In this document: positions 30,187-39,431 of the stretch, piece by piece
Layout: the number at the start of each line of letters is the position of its first letter
Numbering within the stretch: the first letter of the stretch is position 1
Origin: Vulcanimicrobiota bacterium
GTDB lineage: Bacteria; Vulcanimicrobiota; Vulcanimicrobiia; Vulcanimicrobiales; Vulcanimicrobiaceae
Direction of reading: 5' to 3'
Assembly: GCA_963795855.1 (NCBI GenBank)
Contig: CAWCIZ010000006.1
Span: forward strand, 64,001 to 128,000
DNA length: 64,000 bases
The notes under the pieces: generated by a model
The model's database searches: none
The model's input: only the letters and a program-made list of their open reading frames with translations
Told to the model about the DNA's origin: nothing
Translations under genes and position numbers: made by a program

Positions 30187-31545
30187 CTACTGCAGAGTGT
30201 TTTTGATGAAGTTGTCTATGCTCTGTGATAGCGTGGTGTTGCCGGACGACTGTGCAGACGACTTGGCCTTATTAAGAGCAAGGAGCGCCTGCGATTTCAG
30301 ACTAGAGTCCTGCTTGCTGCCGACCACCCACTCGCCTGCTAAGGCTACGCCCTCCGCGTAATTCGCAAGCGCGTCGTTCGCATTGATTGCCAAAGCCTTG
30401 TCCGCATAAGACTTGACCTTTGCATAGTCGTCCTTGGTGGGTGTCGTTTTTTGCGACTGCAGCACTGCGTTCTGTTCCAACGCCGCCGCTGCATACGCTG
30501 TGACTTGCACCGCAGGCGACCCGGATGCTGCGGCTTGTTCGAAGTCTTTGAGCGCTTCCGCGTGATTGCCGGCCTTCGACGCTTCGTTCGCGGCTTGAAT
30601 GTAGTGGTTGCCTTCGAGCGTGGCGACCGATGTGTTCGTGGGATCGATTTGCTTTATCGTCGCCAATGTCGCTTGCGCGTCGGCGGTGTCGCCGGCCTTG
30701 GTATAGGCGGAGTAGAGCTGCGATGCAATCGCGACCTTCGTTTTTTTATCGGTCTTCTGATCGGCCTGCACGAGCTGCATCGCCTTCTTCAGATCGGTCA
30801 CCGCGCTCGCGCTGTCTCCGGCTTGGAGTTCCGCAGTTCCCAGCGCGTAATAGGAGTTCGCGCCGGGTGCGAGCGCTGCCGCCTTTTTGCCGTACGCGAC
30901 CGCCTGCTGCGGCGCGGTGGCGGCCGTCTTCACGGCAGCGAGCGCGTACGATTGCGCCGCCACTTGCGCGAACGTCTTCGTAATCGTTGAAACCTTATCG
31001 AACGCAGCGGCGGCCGCCGGATAATCGGCGAGGAAGTAGTTCGCGGTCCCGAGTTCTTGGTTGAGCAGCGGATCGTTCGGATTTTGCGCGAGCGCTCCGC
31101 TTAGTTGCGCTTTCGCCTGTTCGTATTTGCCTTGATGGATGAGCGCGTCGATCTTCGCACCAGTGCTGCCGCGCACAACGGAGTCTCCGGAAGCCGCGAC
31201 GGAACGGCCCTTGAATTTCAGCGTGAAATCGTAATACGCCGTGACGGCCGTCGAGCCGCGATGCGCGGGACGGTAGGTCGAATTGTTGGCGATGTCCCTC
31301 GCCGCGCCGTTATCAGCCGAATTCGTCGAACGGATGATCTTGACGACGCGATGGGAGCCGTTGGCGTTCACTTGGACTTGAACGACCACAATACCCGAAC
31401 CGGCGATGCCCTTAGAGGTCGAACCCTGATGGATCAACTTCGCGGGCATGAATTCATTTGCGTATTGCGCGCTAGCCGGAAGCGCGAATGCGGCCCCCGC
31501 TGCAACGGCGGTCGCCCCCGCCAAGATGCGAATGGAACGAATCAT
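30187..31545 (-). CDS. Exported protein with N-terminal TonB_C-like domain and TPR repeats
   Basis: Signal peptide (ASA-Q), GIVVVQVQVNANGS...STYRPA..YDFTLKF, then multiple TPR-like helical repeats. Confidence 0.75.
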   Translation of the reverse strand: MIRSIRILAGATAVAAGAAFALPASAQYANEFMPAKLIHQGSTSKGIAGSGIVVVQVQVNANGSHRVVKIIRSTNSADNGAARDIANNSTYRPAHRGSTAVTAYYDFTLKFKGRSVAASGDSVVRGSTGAKIDALIHQGKYEQAKAQLSGALAQNPNDPLLNQELGTANYFLADYPAAAAAFDKVSTITKTFAQVAAQSYALAAVKTAATAPQQAVAYGKKAAALAPGANSYYALGTAELQAGDSASAVTDLKKAMQLVQADQKTDKKTKVAIASQLYSAYTKAGDTADAQATLATIKQIDPTNTSVATLEGNHYIQAANEASKAGNHAEALKDFEQAAASGSPAVQVTAYAAAALEQNAVLQSQKTTPTKDDYAKVKSYADKALAINANDALANYAEGVALAGEWVVGSKQDSSLKSQALLALNKAKSSAQSSGNTTLSQSIDNFIKNTLQ

Positions 31546-31724
31546 GCGTTGTCTTTTTCCTAATCTCGTGTGTAACTGAAGATGAAGGCGGAAGCAAGGT
31601 GCGTAAGCCTTGATACCGCTGATAAACGCAACTCAAACGGCTTTCGTAGGCCGCATTCCCCAGCAAGCAACCTTGCCGCGGCAGGCCGTACGGCGCGTCT
31701 TTGTCGAGGGAAGTCGGTCCCCTG

Positions 31725-32588
31725 CTAGGCCGTCAGGCTGGCAGCGGGGATGCGGCGGGACACGGCTCGGGCGACGATGTCGAGCTGCGCCATCAATGCG
31801 TCGAACTGCTCGAACGTCAAGGACTGCTGCCCGTCCGAAATCGCCGAACCCGGCTGCGGGTGCACCTCGATGAGCAGGCCGTCCGCGCCGGCAGCCATGG
31901 CGGCCAGCGCCATCGGTGCGACCAGCTTGGCAACGCCCGTGCCATGCGACGGATCGACGATGACGGGCAAGTGCGTGAGTGAGTGCAGCAGCGGTACGGC
32001 GGTGAGGTCGAGCAGATTACGCGTTGCATTGTCGAACGAGCGGATGCCTCGTTCGCATAAGACGACGTTCGGATTGCCGGCAACGAGCAAGTATTCGGCC
32101 GCCATGAGCCATTCGTCGATGGTGGCGGAGAGGCCGCGTTTGAGCAACACCGGTTTCGAGCTCTCGCCGGCTTCGCGAAGCAGGCTGAAATTCTGCATGT
32201 TGCGCGCGCCGATCTGCAGCATGTCGGCGTGCTCGCCGACGAGCGCGACGTCGCGCGGATCGAGCACTTCCGTTACGACTGCCATGCCGTGAGCGTCCGC
32301 TGCATCGCGGAGCATCTTGAGCGCATCGGCGCCCAGACCCTGAAACGAATAGGGAGAGGTCCGCGGTTTGAACGCACCCCCGCGCAGTACGTTTGCACCG
32401 CGCGCCGCTACGGCGCGCGCAGTCGCGCCGATCTGCTCCTGCGATTCGACGCTGCACGGACCGGCACACACCGCAACGACGTCGCCGCCGAAACTTGCGC
32501 CGTTCGGGAGATCGACGACGGTTCGGGATGCACGCGCATCGCGCCGGGCCAACTTATACGCGTGGGGAAGTGATGTGAGGCGATCCAT
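31725..32588 (-). CDS. aroF: DAHP synthase type I-beta (catalytic barrel only)
   Basis: [51 protein letters not shown] at 32588. Confidence 0.95.
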   Translation of the reverse strand: MDRLTSLPHAYKLARRDARASRTVVDLPNGASFGGDVVAVCAGPCSVESQEQIGATARAVAARGANVLRGGAFKPRTSPYSFQGLGADALKMLRDAADAHGMAVVTEVLDPRDVALVGEHADMLQIGARNMQNFSLLREAGESSKPVLLKRGLSATIDEWLMAAEYLLVAGNPNVVLCERGIRSFDNATRNLLDLTAVPLLHSLTHLPVIVDPSHGTGVAKLVAPMALAAMAAGADGLLIEVHPQPGSAISDGQQSLTFEQFDALMAQLDIVARAVSRRIPAASLTA

Positions 32589-33311
32589 GTTCGAAAGCGC
32601 CCTTGTTGTACCGGCGCAGGCTTCCGTCAACTCCTTTTCGGTCAGGTCGCGCGTGCGGCCGGGCGGCAAGTCGCCGAGGCGCAGCGGACCGAAACGCAAG
32701 CGCGCGAGCGCTAAGACAGGGTGGCCGACCGCATCGAACATTCGGCGCACTTGACGATTCTTGCCTTCGTGAACCGTGATGTCGAGCACCGAGGTTTCGC
32801 GGCGCGTCGCTACGACTTTGAGGCGCGCACCCGACGCTCGAAACTCCGCAAGCAGAACCCCGCTTTGCAGTCGCCGTATTTCATCCGGAATGAGCCGCCC
32901 TTTCACCACCGCGCGATACGTCTTCTCGACGCCGAAGCGCGGATGCGACAACACGTTTGCAAGTTCCCCGTCGTTGGTGAACAGCAGTACGCCGGAAGTG
33001 TCGTAGTCCAGACGTCCGACCGGTACGACGCGAGGCACGCCTTTCGGAAGCAGATCCGCGACGGTTCGGCGTCCTTCCGGATCGCGCATCGTCGTCATCA
33101 CGTTCACCGGTTTGTGCATGACGAGATAGGTCGTTTCCGCATGCAGAGTTACCGGCGTTCCGCTCACGTCGACGCGATCGTCCGGATTCACGCTCGTGCC
33201 GAGTTCGCGCACGACCTTGCCGTTCACGCGCACTTTGCCGCGAACGATCAAGTCTTCAGCGGCGCGGCGCGAAGCGACGCCCGCATGCGCCAGAAATTTT
33301 TGCAGCCGCAT
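32554..33311 (-). CDS. rluB: rRNA pseudouridine synthase, RluB/RsuA family (3' end uncertain, probable indel near 32622)
   Basis: [43 protein letters not shown]. Confidence 0.92.
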
Positions 33312-33339
33312 GGATACGATTGGTTCGCGTCATGCAAAG

Positions 33340-33368
33340 AAAAAGCCCGCACTATTCGCGCGGGCTTC
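33340..33368 (-). terminator. Intrinsic terminator downstream of rho
   Basis: AAGCCCGCG-loop-TGCGGGCTTTTT on the minus strand. Confidence 0.75.
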
Positions 33369-33396
33369 TTCGTCGGGTCACGCCTGCAACGGCGCG

Positions 33397-34860
33397 TTAG
33401 TACTTGCCGTTGCCTTCGTCGTAGCCGCGCGAAAGCGACAGCGCTTCCTTCGTGACGCTCTGCAAGAACTCGTCGTTCGTACGCGTTTGCGCCATTTTGT
33501 CGAGGATGAGCTCGGTGATGTCGCCGCTGTTCAGCACGCTCGTCGCGCGGCGCAGCATCCAGATCTTGCGCATCTCGATTTCGCTGAGCAGCAACTCCTC
33601 GTGCCGCGTGCCGGAGCGCTTGATGTCGACGGCCGGGAACACGCGCGACTCCGCGAGTTTACGCGTGAGGTTGAGTTCCATGTTGCCGGTGCCTTTGAAC
33701 TCTTCGAAGATGACGTCGTCCATCTTGGATCCCGTCTCGACCAGCGCGGTAGCGATGATCGTGAGCGAACCGCCCTCCTCGATTTTGCGGGCTGCGCCGA
33801 AGAACCGTTTTGGTTTGTGCAGCGAGGCCGTGTCCAAGCCGCCGGACAGCGTGCGGCCGGACGTCGGAATCACCTGGTTGTAGGCACGCGCGAGACGCGT
33901 GATCGAGTCCAACAGGATGACGACGTCCTTGCCGAGTTCCACGAGGCGTTTCGCGCGCTCCATCGCGAGTTCCGCGACAGCCGTGTGATTCTCGGGGTGC
34001 TCGTCGAACGTCGAGGCGATCACCTCGCCGTCGACCGTGCGCTGCATATCCGTCACTTCTTCGGGACGCTCGTCCACGAGCAGGGCCATGATGTGCGCGT
34101 CAGGGTGGTTGATCGAAATCGCGTTGGCGATGTTCTTGAGCAGGGTCGTCTTACCGGCTTTCGGCGGCGAGACGATCAGCGCGCGCTGGCCTTTGCCGAT
34201 CGGGCAAAACAGATCGATGACGCGCGTGGACAGTTGCGTCGCGCGCACTTCGAGCCTGTAGCGCTCTTGCGGATAGATCGGCGTCCCTTTTTCGAAGACG
34301 CGGCGGCCGCGGATTTGTTCCGGCGATAAGCCGTTGATGCGATCGACCCGAATTAGGCCGTAATACTTTTCGCTCTCTTTGGGGCGGCGGACTTGGCCTT
34401 CGAGCAAATCGCCGCGGCGAAGTTCGAACCGGCGAATTTGCGACTGGCTTACGTAGATGTCTTCCGGCCCGATGACGTACCCGTCGCGCCGCAAGAAGCC
34501 GTAGCCTTCGGGCAGGATGTCGAGCACGCCGTTCGCGATCTCGACTCCCGATCGCTGCGCCTGCACCTCTAGGATGCGCGGAATCAGATCGTCTTTCTTC
34601 AGTTTGAGCGGAGATTCTATTTCGAACTCTTTGGCAATCGCGTTGAGTTCGGCTTTCGTTTTCTCGCCGAGTTGCTCGGCGGTAAGCATCGGCGGTCCGG
34701 ATTGTTCGACTTGCGGGAACTGCTCGGCGTGATGCGGTTGATTGAATTGACGGTGACGCCTTGAGCGGCGCCGGCGGTTTCCGCCTTGGGGCCGGCCGCC
34801 ATCGTTGCGGTTATCGAATTGCAGTGGACTATCTCTCTCGTAGAGTCGCGCACGTCGCAT
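33397..34860 (-). CDS. rho: Transcription termination factor Rho with basic N-terminal extension (start uncertain)
   Basis: GYGFLR, DIYVSQSQIRRF, PIGKGQR..PPKAGKT, DERPEEVTDM, FEEFKGTGNME. Confidence 0.98.
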   Translation of the reverse strand: MRRARLYERDSPLQFDNRNDGGRPQGGNRRRRSRRHRQFNQPHHAEQFPQVEQSGPPMLTAEQLGEKTKAELNAIAKEFEIESPLKLKKDDLIPRILEVQAQRSGVEIANGVLDILPEGYGFLRRDGYVIGPEDIYVSQSQIRRFELRRGDLLEGQVRRPKESEKYYGLIRVDRINGLSPEQIRGRRVFEKGTPIYPQERYRLEVRATQLSTRVIDLFCPIGKGQRALIVSPPKAGKTTLLKNIANAISINHPDAHIMALLVDERPEEVTDMQRTVDGEVIASTFDEHPENHTAVAELAMERAKRLVELGKDVVILLDSITRLARAYNQVIPTSGRTLSGGLDTASLHKPKRFFGAARKIEEGGSLTIIATALVETGSKMDDVIFEEFKGTGNMELNLTRKLAESRVFPAVDIKRSGTRHEELLLSEIEMRKIWMLRRATSVLNSGDITELILDKMAQTRTNDEFLQSVTKEALSLSRGYDEGNGKY

Positions 34861-34985
34861 ACACCAAAACGTCGGGCGAGGCTGCCGCGATATTCCATGA
34901 CGACGTGAACGGGGGGGAATTACTGCGTCGCGAAGTTCTTAACGACCCTTCGACTTGACTCGGGTGACGTGTTCGCGACGAGGAA

Positions 34986-34994
34986 ACTATAGCA
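34986..34994 (-). promoter_or_regulatory. Extended -10 promoter (TGcTATAGT) for rho
   Basis: TG-n-TATAGT just downstream of the mpg stop and upstream of rho. Confidence 0.55.
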
Positions 34995-35002
34995 CAACGC
35001 TT

Positions 35003-35620
35003 TCACGGTGACAACGCTTTAGGGCCGCTCACGAACGGGTTGCCGCGCTCGTAGAACCGCAAAAGGCGCTCGGCGGCCTTCGTGATGCCGATGCGCCGGC
35101 TCGTTCCGACAGGTTGGCCGCCGTCCTTGCCGCCGCCGCCGGCAACGAGCGCAGCCAGCCAGAGCCGCTTGTCGCTTAGCAAGTCGACGCCGTCGAGTTC
35201 CCGTTCGACGCTAAGCGCCCGGCACAACCGCCCGGGGCCGCGCGCCAAGTCGCGAACGCGCGTGGTAGTTCGGCGCTGCTCCATCAAACGTAGACCTTCG
35301 AGCGGCTCGAGCGCGCGCACGAGCACCGCCGCGCCTTCGCCGGCGGTTTCGCTGGTGACGTTTACGCAAAACGACGTTCCGTAAATTTTGTAAACGTAGG
35401 CGTGAAAGGGACCGAGGAACATGGATGCGTTCCGCGCGTTCGGCCCTCGATATGCGTGTGAGGCCGGATCGTCACGGACGTACGCCTCCGTTTCGACGAT
35501 CCGGCCGGCGGTTCGGCCGTCCGGGCAGTCTCGGACCAACACGCATCCGATCAGCGCTTGCGCGAGATCGATCGTCGACGCCGGCAACTCGCCGGCGCGA
35601 AGCCGGCGATAGCGCGGCAC
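35003..35620 (-). CDS. mpg: 3-methyladenine DNA glycosylase (AAG/MPG family)
   Basis: GRIVETEAY..DPASH, YVYKIYG..C.NV, AVLVRALEP, GPGRLC.AL, RIGI. Confidence 0.95.
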   Translation of the reverse strand: MPRYRRLRAGELPASTIDLAQALIGCVLVRDCPDGRTAGRIVETEAYVRDDPASHAYRGPNARNASMFLGPFHAYVYKIYGTSFCVNVTSETAGEGAAVLVRALEPLEGLRLMEQRRTTTRVRDLARGPGRLCRALSVERELDGVDLLSDKRLWLAALVAGGGGKDGGQPVGTSRRIGITKAAERLLRFYERGNPFVSGPKALSP

Positions 35621-35622
35621 GC

Positions 35623-36036
35623 CTACGCCGCGACGTGCATCGCCGCTTCGCTGCGGGCTCGCGCCGTCAGGTCGCTCTCGCCCGCCGCAGACGCGACGAC
35701 GTCATACTCCTTGAACTGGTTGAGCGCGCATCGCAGCCGCACGTACGCCATGGTAAGCGGGGTGGGAACGTCCCGGTGTTCGACCAGATCCCCAGCGAGG
35801 TGTGCGTCATCGACCGTAAAGCGCACGCGCTCGATACCGTGGCGCTGAAGCACCGCGCCCACAGCCATGAGGGCAGCGTAGCCGACTTCGCGATCGTAGA
35901 GCGCGGGGTAACGCTTCACGCGGAACGGCACGCGCAGAATCCGCGGCGTCCCAGCAAGCATCAGTCGCACGTAGGCGACTCCGTTGCCGTTCGCATCGGC
36001 CGCGAATCCGGTTGCAGCATCGACGAAGCCTTTCAT
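35623..36036 (-). CDS. Hypothetical protein, probable degenerate RNase H-like fold
   Basis: EVGYAALMAV...GIERVRFTVDD..L...Y..L...L.QF resembles the RNase HI-like pattern AEY.ALI..L...GI..V.V..DS.LV. Clean promoter and 2-nt spacing to mpg. Confidence 0.7.
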   Translation of the reverse strand: MKGFVDAATGFAADANGNGVAYVRLMLAGTPRILRVPFRVKRYPALYDREVGYAALMAVGAVLQRHGIERVRFTVDDAHLAGDLVEHRDVPTPLTMAYVRLRCALNQFKEYDVVASAAGESDLTARARSEAAMHVAA

Positions 36037-37181
36037 GTTCGTATCGTATATCGAACATATGTTCGAGTCAAGTCCTGGTACAACGCGGCGATGTCCGCCG
36101 CTTGGCGATCGATTCCGTACCGGCCGGCCGCCGCACAGGCTCGCGCGGTTTCGCCGGCCTCGGGACTGGCCGGAACGGCCGCGAAGGCCTCCGCAAACGC
36201 TTCACGGGTCGCAGCGACCAGCCGCCCGGCCCCGTCCAGGACTTCCCGCACCGGGGCTGCATCCGCGGCGATGACCAGCGTTCCGGCAGCCAGCGCCTCC
36301 GTTAGGACCAGCCCTTGCGTTTCCGTGACGCTCGGAAAAACGAAGGCGTCGGCGCTCGCGTAAAGGTCGGGAAGCGCCGCGCGGTCGACGGCGCCCAGAA
36401 ATGTTATGCGATCGGCGATGCCGTTCTCTTGCGCGCGTGCTTCAAGCGCTGCGCGTTCGGGTCCGTCGCCCGCGATCACGAGGTGAACGGGAACGCTGCA
36501 AACTCGAACTGCATCGAGCAGCAGCTCGACGTTCTTCTCTCGCGCGAGCCGTGAAACGAACAGCAGCATCCGTTCGCCGGCGCGCACGCCGGCGGACGTG
36601 CGAAGGGCGGCGCTGCGCGTGCCGCAGCTGAACGTGTGCAAATCGATGCCGCTGGGGATCACTTCCACGCGCACGGTGACGCCGAGGTCGATCAAATGCT
36701 CGCGCATCGATTCGGTCGGCACGATGACGGCATCGGCGAGATTGGCAAAGCTGCGCGTTAGCGTCGAGGCCGCGCGCCGCGTCGCTTGCGGTTCGAACGG
36801 GACGTAATGCGCGTACTCTTCCAGTTGCGTGTGATACGTGTACACCAGCGGAATGCGCAAACGCCGCGCATAGCGCACGGCCATCCATCCGGTCACGAAC
36901 GGTGAGTGCGCGTGCAGAATGTCGAGACGATTGATGACCGCGCGGCGGTTGTGCCGGCTGACGAGGGGCACCGTCAGGCGATACGCAGTGGCGGTCGGCA
37001 ATGGAAGGGAGGGCATGCGGAACACCGGTTCGTCGCGCTCTTCGTAACCCGGAACGTGCGGTGTGAAGCAATACACTTCGTGTCCCAGCGCGCGCAGCCC
37101 GCACGCCAAACCGTCGACGGATGCGACGATCCCATTGACGATTGGGTGGTACACTTCCGTGAAGAACCCGACACGCATCAT
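36033..37181 (-). CDS. Glycosyltransferase family 4 (MGDG synthase-like)
   Basis: FTEVYHP..NG, HAHSPF, YTYHT, VSRLAREKN, FPSVTETQGLVLTEALAAG. Confidence 0.92.
   Translation of the reverse strand: MMRVGFFTEVYHPIVNGIVASVDGLACGLRALGHEVYCFTPHVPGYEERDEPVFRMPSLPLPTATAYRLTVPLVSRHNRRAVINRLDILHAHSPFVTGWMAVRYARRLRIPLVYTYHTQLEEYAHYVPFEPQATRRAASTLTRSFANLADAVIVPTESMREHLIDLGVTVRVEVIPSGIDLHTFSCGTRSAALRTSAGVRAGERMLLFVSRLAREKNVELLLDAVRVCSVPVHLVIAGDGPERAALEARAQENGIADRITFLGAVDRAALPDLYASADAFVFPSVTETQGLVLTEALAAGTLVIAADAAPVREVLDGAGRLVAATREAFAEAFAAVPASPEAGETARACAAAGRYGIDRQAADIAALYQDLTRTYVRYTIRT
36043..36071 (-). promoter_or_regulatory. Promoter TTGACT-N17-TACGAT containing a perfect LexA (SOS) box TCGAACATATGTTCGA at 36051-36066
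   Basis: 16-bp palindrome matches the Firmicutes/Actinobacteria GAAC-N4-GTTC LexA consensus. The ATG lies 6 nt after the -10 box. Confidence 0.85.
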
Positions 37182-37273
37182 GCTGTCTTATGCCCGATCG
37201 CAGCGGCGCCCTCGGAAGAGGTGACTCCTTCCGGCCCTCCGACTTTTGGCATATTCCGCAATTCGTAAAGGCA

Positions 37274-37282
37274 TGGTATAGT
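37274..37282 (+). promoter_or_regulatory. Extended -10 promoter (TGgTATAGT) upstream of the G5/3D gene
   Basis: TG-n-TATAGT about 240 nt upstream of the start codon. Confidence 0.55.
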
Positions 37283-37522
37283 GCCCGGGTCACTTACCGG
37301 TGGGACCGGTAAGCGCTCCGCCGGGCCTGCAATCGGTTCCGGCACAAGTAATTTTGGCGTTTCCAAGTCTTGGATCCGTCAACCAATAGCCGTTCTACAG
37401 GACCGAACTGCCCGCTAAGACGCCTCGTAAGGCGGCTTTAGCCCCGCCGTGCAGTCCTCCGCACTAAGGTGGCCTGGTGCCGGCCGTGCTCGGCATCCAT
37501 GCCTTGCGAGAAAGGAGTTGGG

Positions 37523-38563
37523 TTGATAGGACGCAGTGTGAACCGCGTACTCCACCTTTGCGCCGTGGGAGTCCTCACGGCAGGCCTGGTCGGCGCGGGC
37601 TTCGTCACCCATCCCGCCTCGGCCGTCGCAGCAGCGCTCGACGTCCAGACTGCCACGCACGTCGTGCTGTTCCAATCCCAGGGGACGCAGACGCAGCATG
37701 TCACCTCCGCGCAAACGGTCGGTGCGTTTCTCAAAGAGCGCGGCATCGTTCCCGGACCTCGCGACTACGTGAGGCCCGCCGTCGATACCCCGCTCACCGA
37801 CAACATCATCGTCGAATATTCGCCTGCCGTGCCGGTGCGTTTGATCACCGCGTCGGGAACGAAAACGATCGTTACCACGGCCGACGACGTCGGCGCGCTG
37901 CTCGAAGAACAAGGCATACATCTCGACAAACACGACATCGTGCGTCCGTCGCTGGCGGATCCGATCGTCGCATATGGAACGATTCGCATCGCACGCGTCG
38001 TGAAGTGGGTTTCGAGCGAGAAGCGCCGCCTCGCGCAGCGAACGATTCACGAGATCGACTTTTCACTACCGCCGGGCGAAGTCAAAGTCGTGCGCAAAGG
38101 CGTTCCAGGCGTTGCGCTGACGATGGTCGATTACACGCAAACCGACGGCAAACTGCACAAGCGCGTGATGAGCACGCGCGTCCTGCGCAAACCGCAGGCG
38201 CGGGTGGTAGCGGAAGGCGTCGGCAGTGCAAACGCGATCGCCGATTTTGCGAAACGCGGCCTCGAAAAAACCTCGTACATCGCGTCGGGTGCGCTCGACA
38301 TGGTCGCAACGGCGTACACCGCCGAATGCGCGGGCTGCAGCGGTTACACGGCGACGGGTTATCGCGCGGGACACGGAATCGTAGCGGTAGATCCGCGCGT
38401 AATCCCGCTCGGCACGCGTCTGTACATTCCCGGCTACGGGTTCGCGATTGCGGGCGACACGGGCGGGGCTATACACGGCTACCGGATCGATCTCGGTTTC
38501 AATTCGATTAGCGACGCGCTCGATTTCGGGCGCCGCCCGGTGAAAGTCTACACGCTGCATTAA
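37523..38563 (+). CDS. YabE-like cell-wall protein (DUF348 repeats, G5 and 3D domains)
   Basis: TSAQTVGAFL and TTADDVGALL repeats, G5 VVRKG..G, 3D MVATAYT..VAVDPRVIPLGT..AGDTGGAI.G.RIDL. Upstream of rsmA. AAGGAG SD before TTG. Confidence 0.9.
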   Translation: MIGRSVNRVLHLCAVGVLTAGLVGAGFVTHPASAVAAALDVQTATHVVLFQSQGTQTQHVTSAQTVGAFLKERGIVPGPRDYVRPAVDTPLTDNIIVEYSPAVPVRLITASGTKTIVTTADDVGALLEEQGIHLDKHDIVRPSLADPIVAYGTIRIARVVKWVSSEKRRLAQRTIHEIDFSLPPGEVKVVRKGVPGVALTMVDYTQTDGKLHKRVMSTRVLRKPQARVVAEGVGSANAIADFAKRGLEKTSYIASGALDMVATAYTAECAGCSGYTATGYRAGHGIVAVDPRVIPLGTRLYIPGYGFAIAGDTGGAIHGYRIDLGFNSISDALDFGRRPVKVYTLH

Positions 38564-38594
38564 TAAAGAAGAAAACCCGAGGGCGCGCCAGGTA

Positions 38595-39431
38595 ATGCAA
38601 AATCATCCGAAAGCGCTGCTCGAACGGTTCGGTTACAAACCGAAAAAACGGTTCGGGCAGAACTTTCTCATGGATGCGGCCGCGGCGGCGCGCATCGCGG
38701 AACTCGTCGTAGAAGGCTCGCCCGGCGGCGAGCCTTTTCGCGTTCTGGAAATAGGTCCCGGCACCGGCGCCCTTACGCACGCGCTGCTGCAAGCTCACGA
38801 CGACGTGAGCGCGCTCGACGTCGATCCGGACATGCTGCGCATTTTGCGCTCGCGCGAGGACATTGCAAAAGCGCACGTCATCGAAGCCGACGCGCTGACC
38901 TTTGACTACGGCGAGTTCGCGAACGGTAAGAATTGGCGCGTCACTGGAAATCTTCCGTACAACGTCGCGACGCCGCTGGTCATGCGTTTCGTCGAAATGC
39001 AGAACGGCCCGAAGCTGCTCGTCGTCATGGTGCAAAAAGAGGTGGCCGATCGTTTCGCCGCGCGGCCCGGAACGCCGGCATACGGGAGCCTTAGCGTGGC
39101 CGTGCAGTATGCAATGCACGTAGAAAAGGCGTTCACGCTCAAACCCGGCGCGTTTTACCCGCGACCGAAGATAGACTCGACGGTCGTGCGGCTGATCCGA
39201 AGAAGCGAACCGGCAGTCGCCATACGCGACGAGCACCGCTTTCTGCAGGTCGTACGGGCGGCGTTCGCGTACCGCCGGAAAACATTGGCCAACAGCCTTT
39301 TGCTGGCGCTCGGTCTGCCGCGTGCGGACGTTACGCGAGCGCTCGCGCAGATCGGCCTGGATACGGAGATACGTGGAGAACAACTCGCGCTCGCAGATTT
39401 TGCAAGACTCGCGGATCGTCTTTCCGCCTGA
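38595..39431 (+). CDS. rsmA: 16S rRNA dimethyladenosine transferase RsmA/KsgA
   Basis: KKRFGQNFL, LEIGPGTGALT, GNLPYNV.TP, MVQKEVA.R, F.PRPK.DS. Confidence 0.97.
   Translation: MQNHPKALLERFGYKPKKRFGQNFLMDAAAAARIAELVVEGSPGGEPFRVLEIGPGTGALTHALLQAHDDVSALDVDPDMLRILRSREDIAKAHVIEADALTFDYGEFANGKNWRVTGNLPYNVATPLVMRFVEMQNGPKLLVVMVQKEVADRFAARPGTPAYGSLSVAVQYAMHVEKAFTLKPGAFYPRPKIDSTVVRLIRRSEPAVAIRDEHRFLQVVRAAFAYRRKTLANSLLLALGLPRADVTRALAQIGLDTEIRGEQLALADFARLADRLSA

Noticed and set aside
31725..33311. Apparent 528-aa RluB-DAHP synthase fusion
   Set aside because: aroF has its own ATG at 32588. An alternative frame near 32622 gives a natural RluB ending (SLRRYNKG...*). With so many indels in the window, an artefact is more likely than a fusion.
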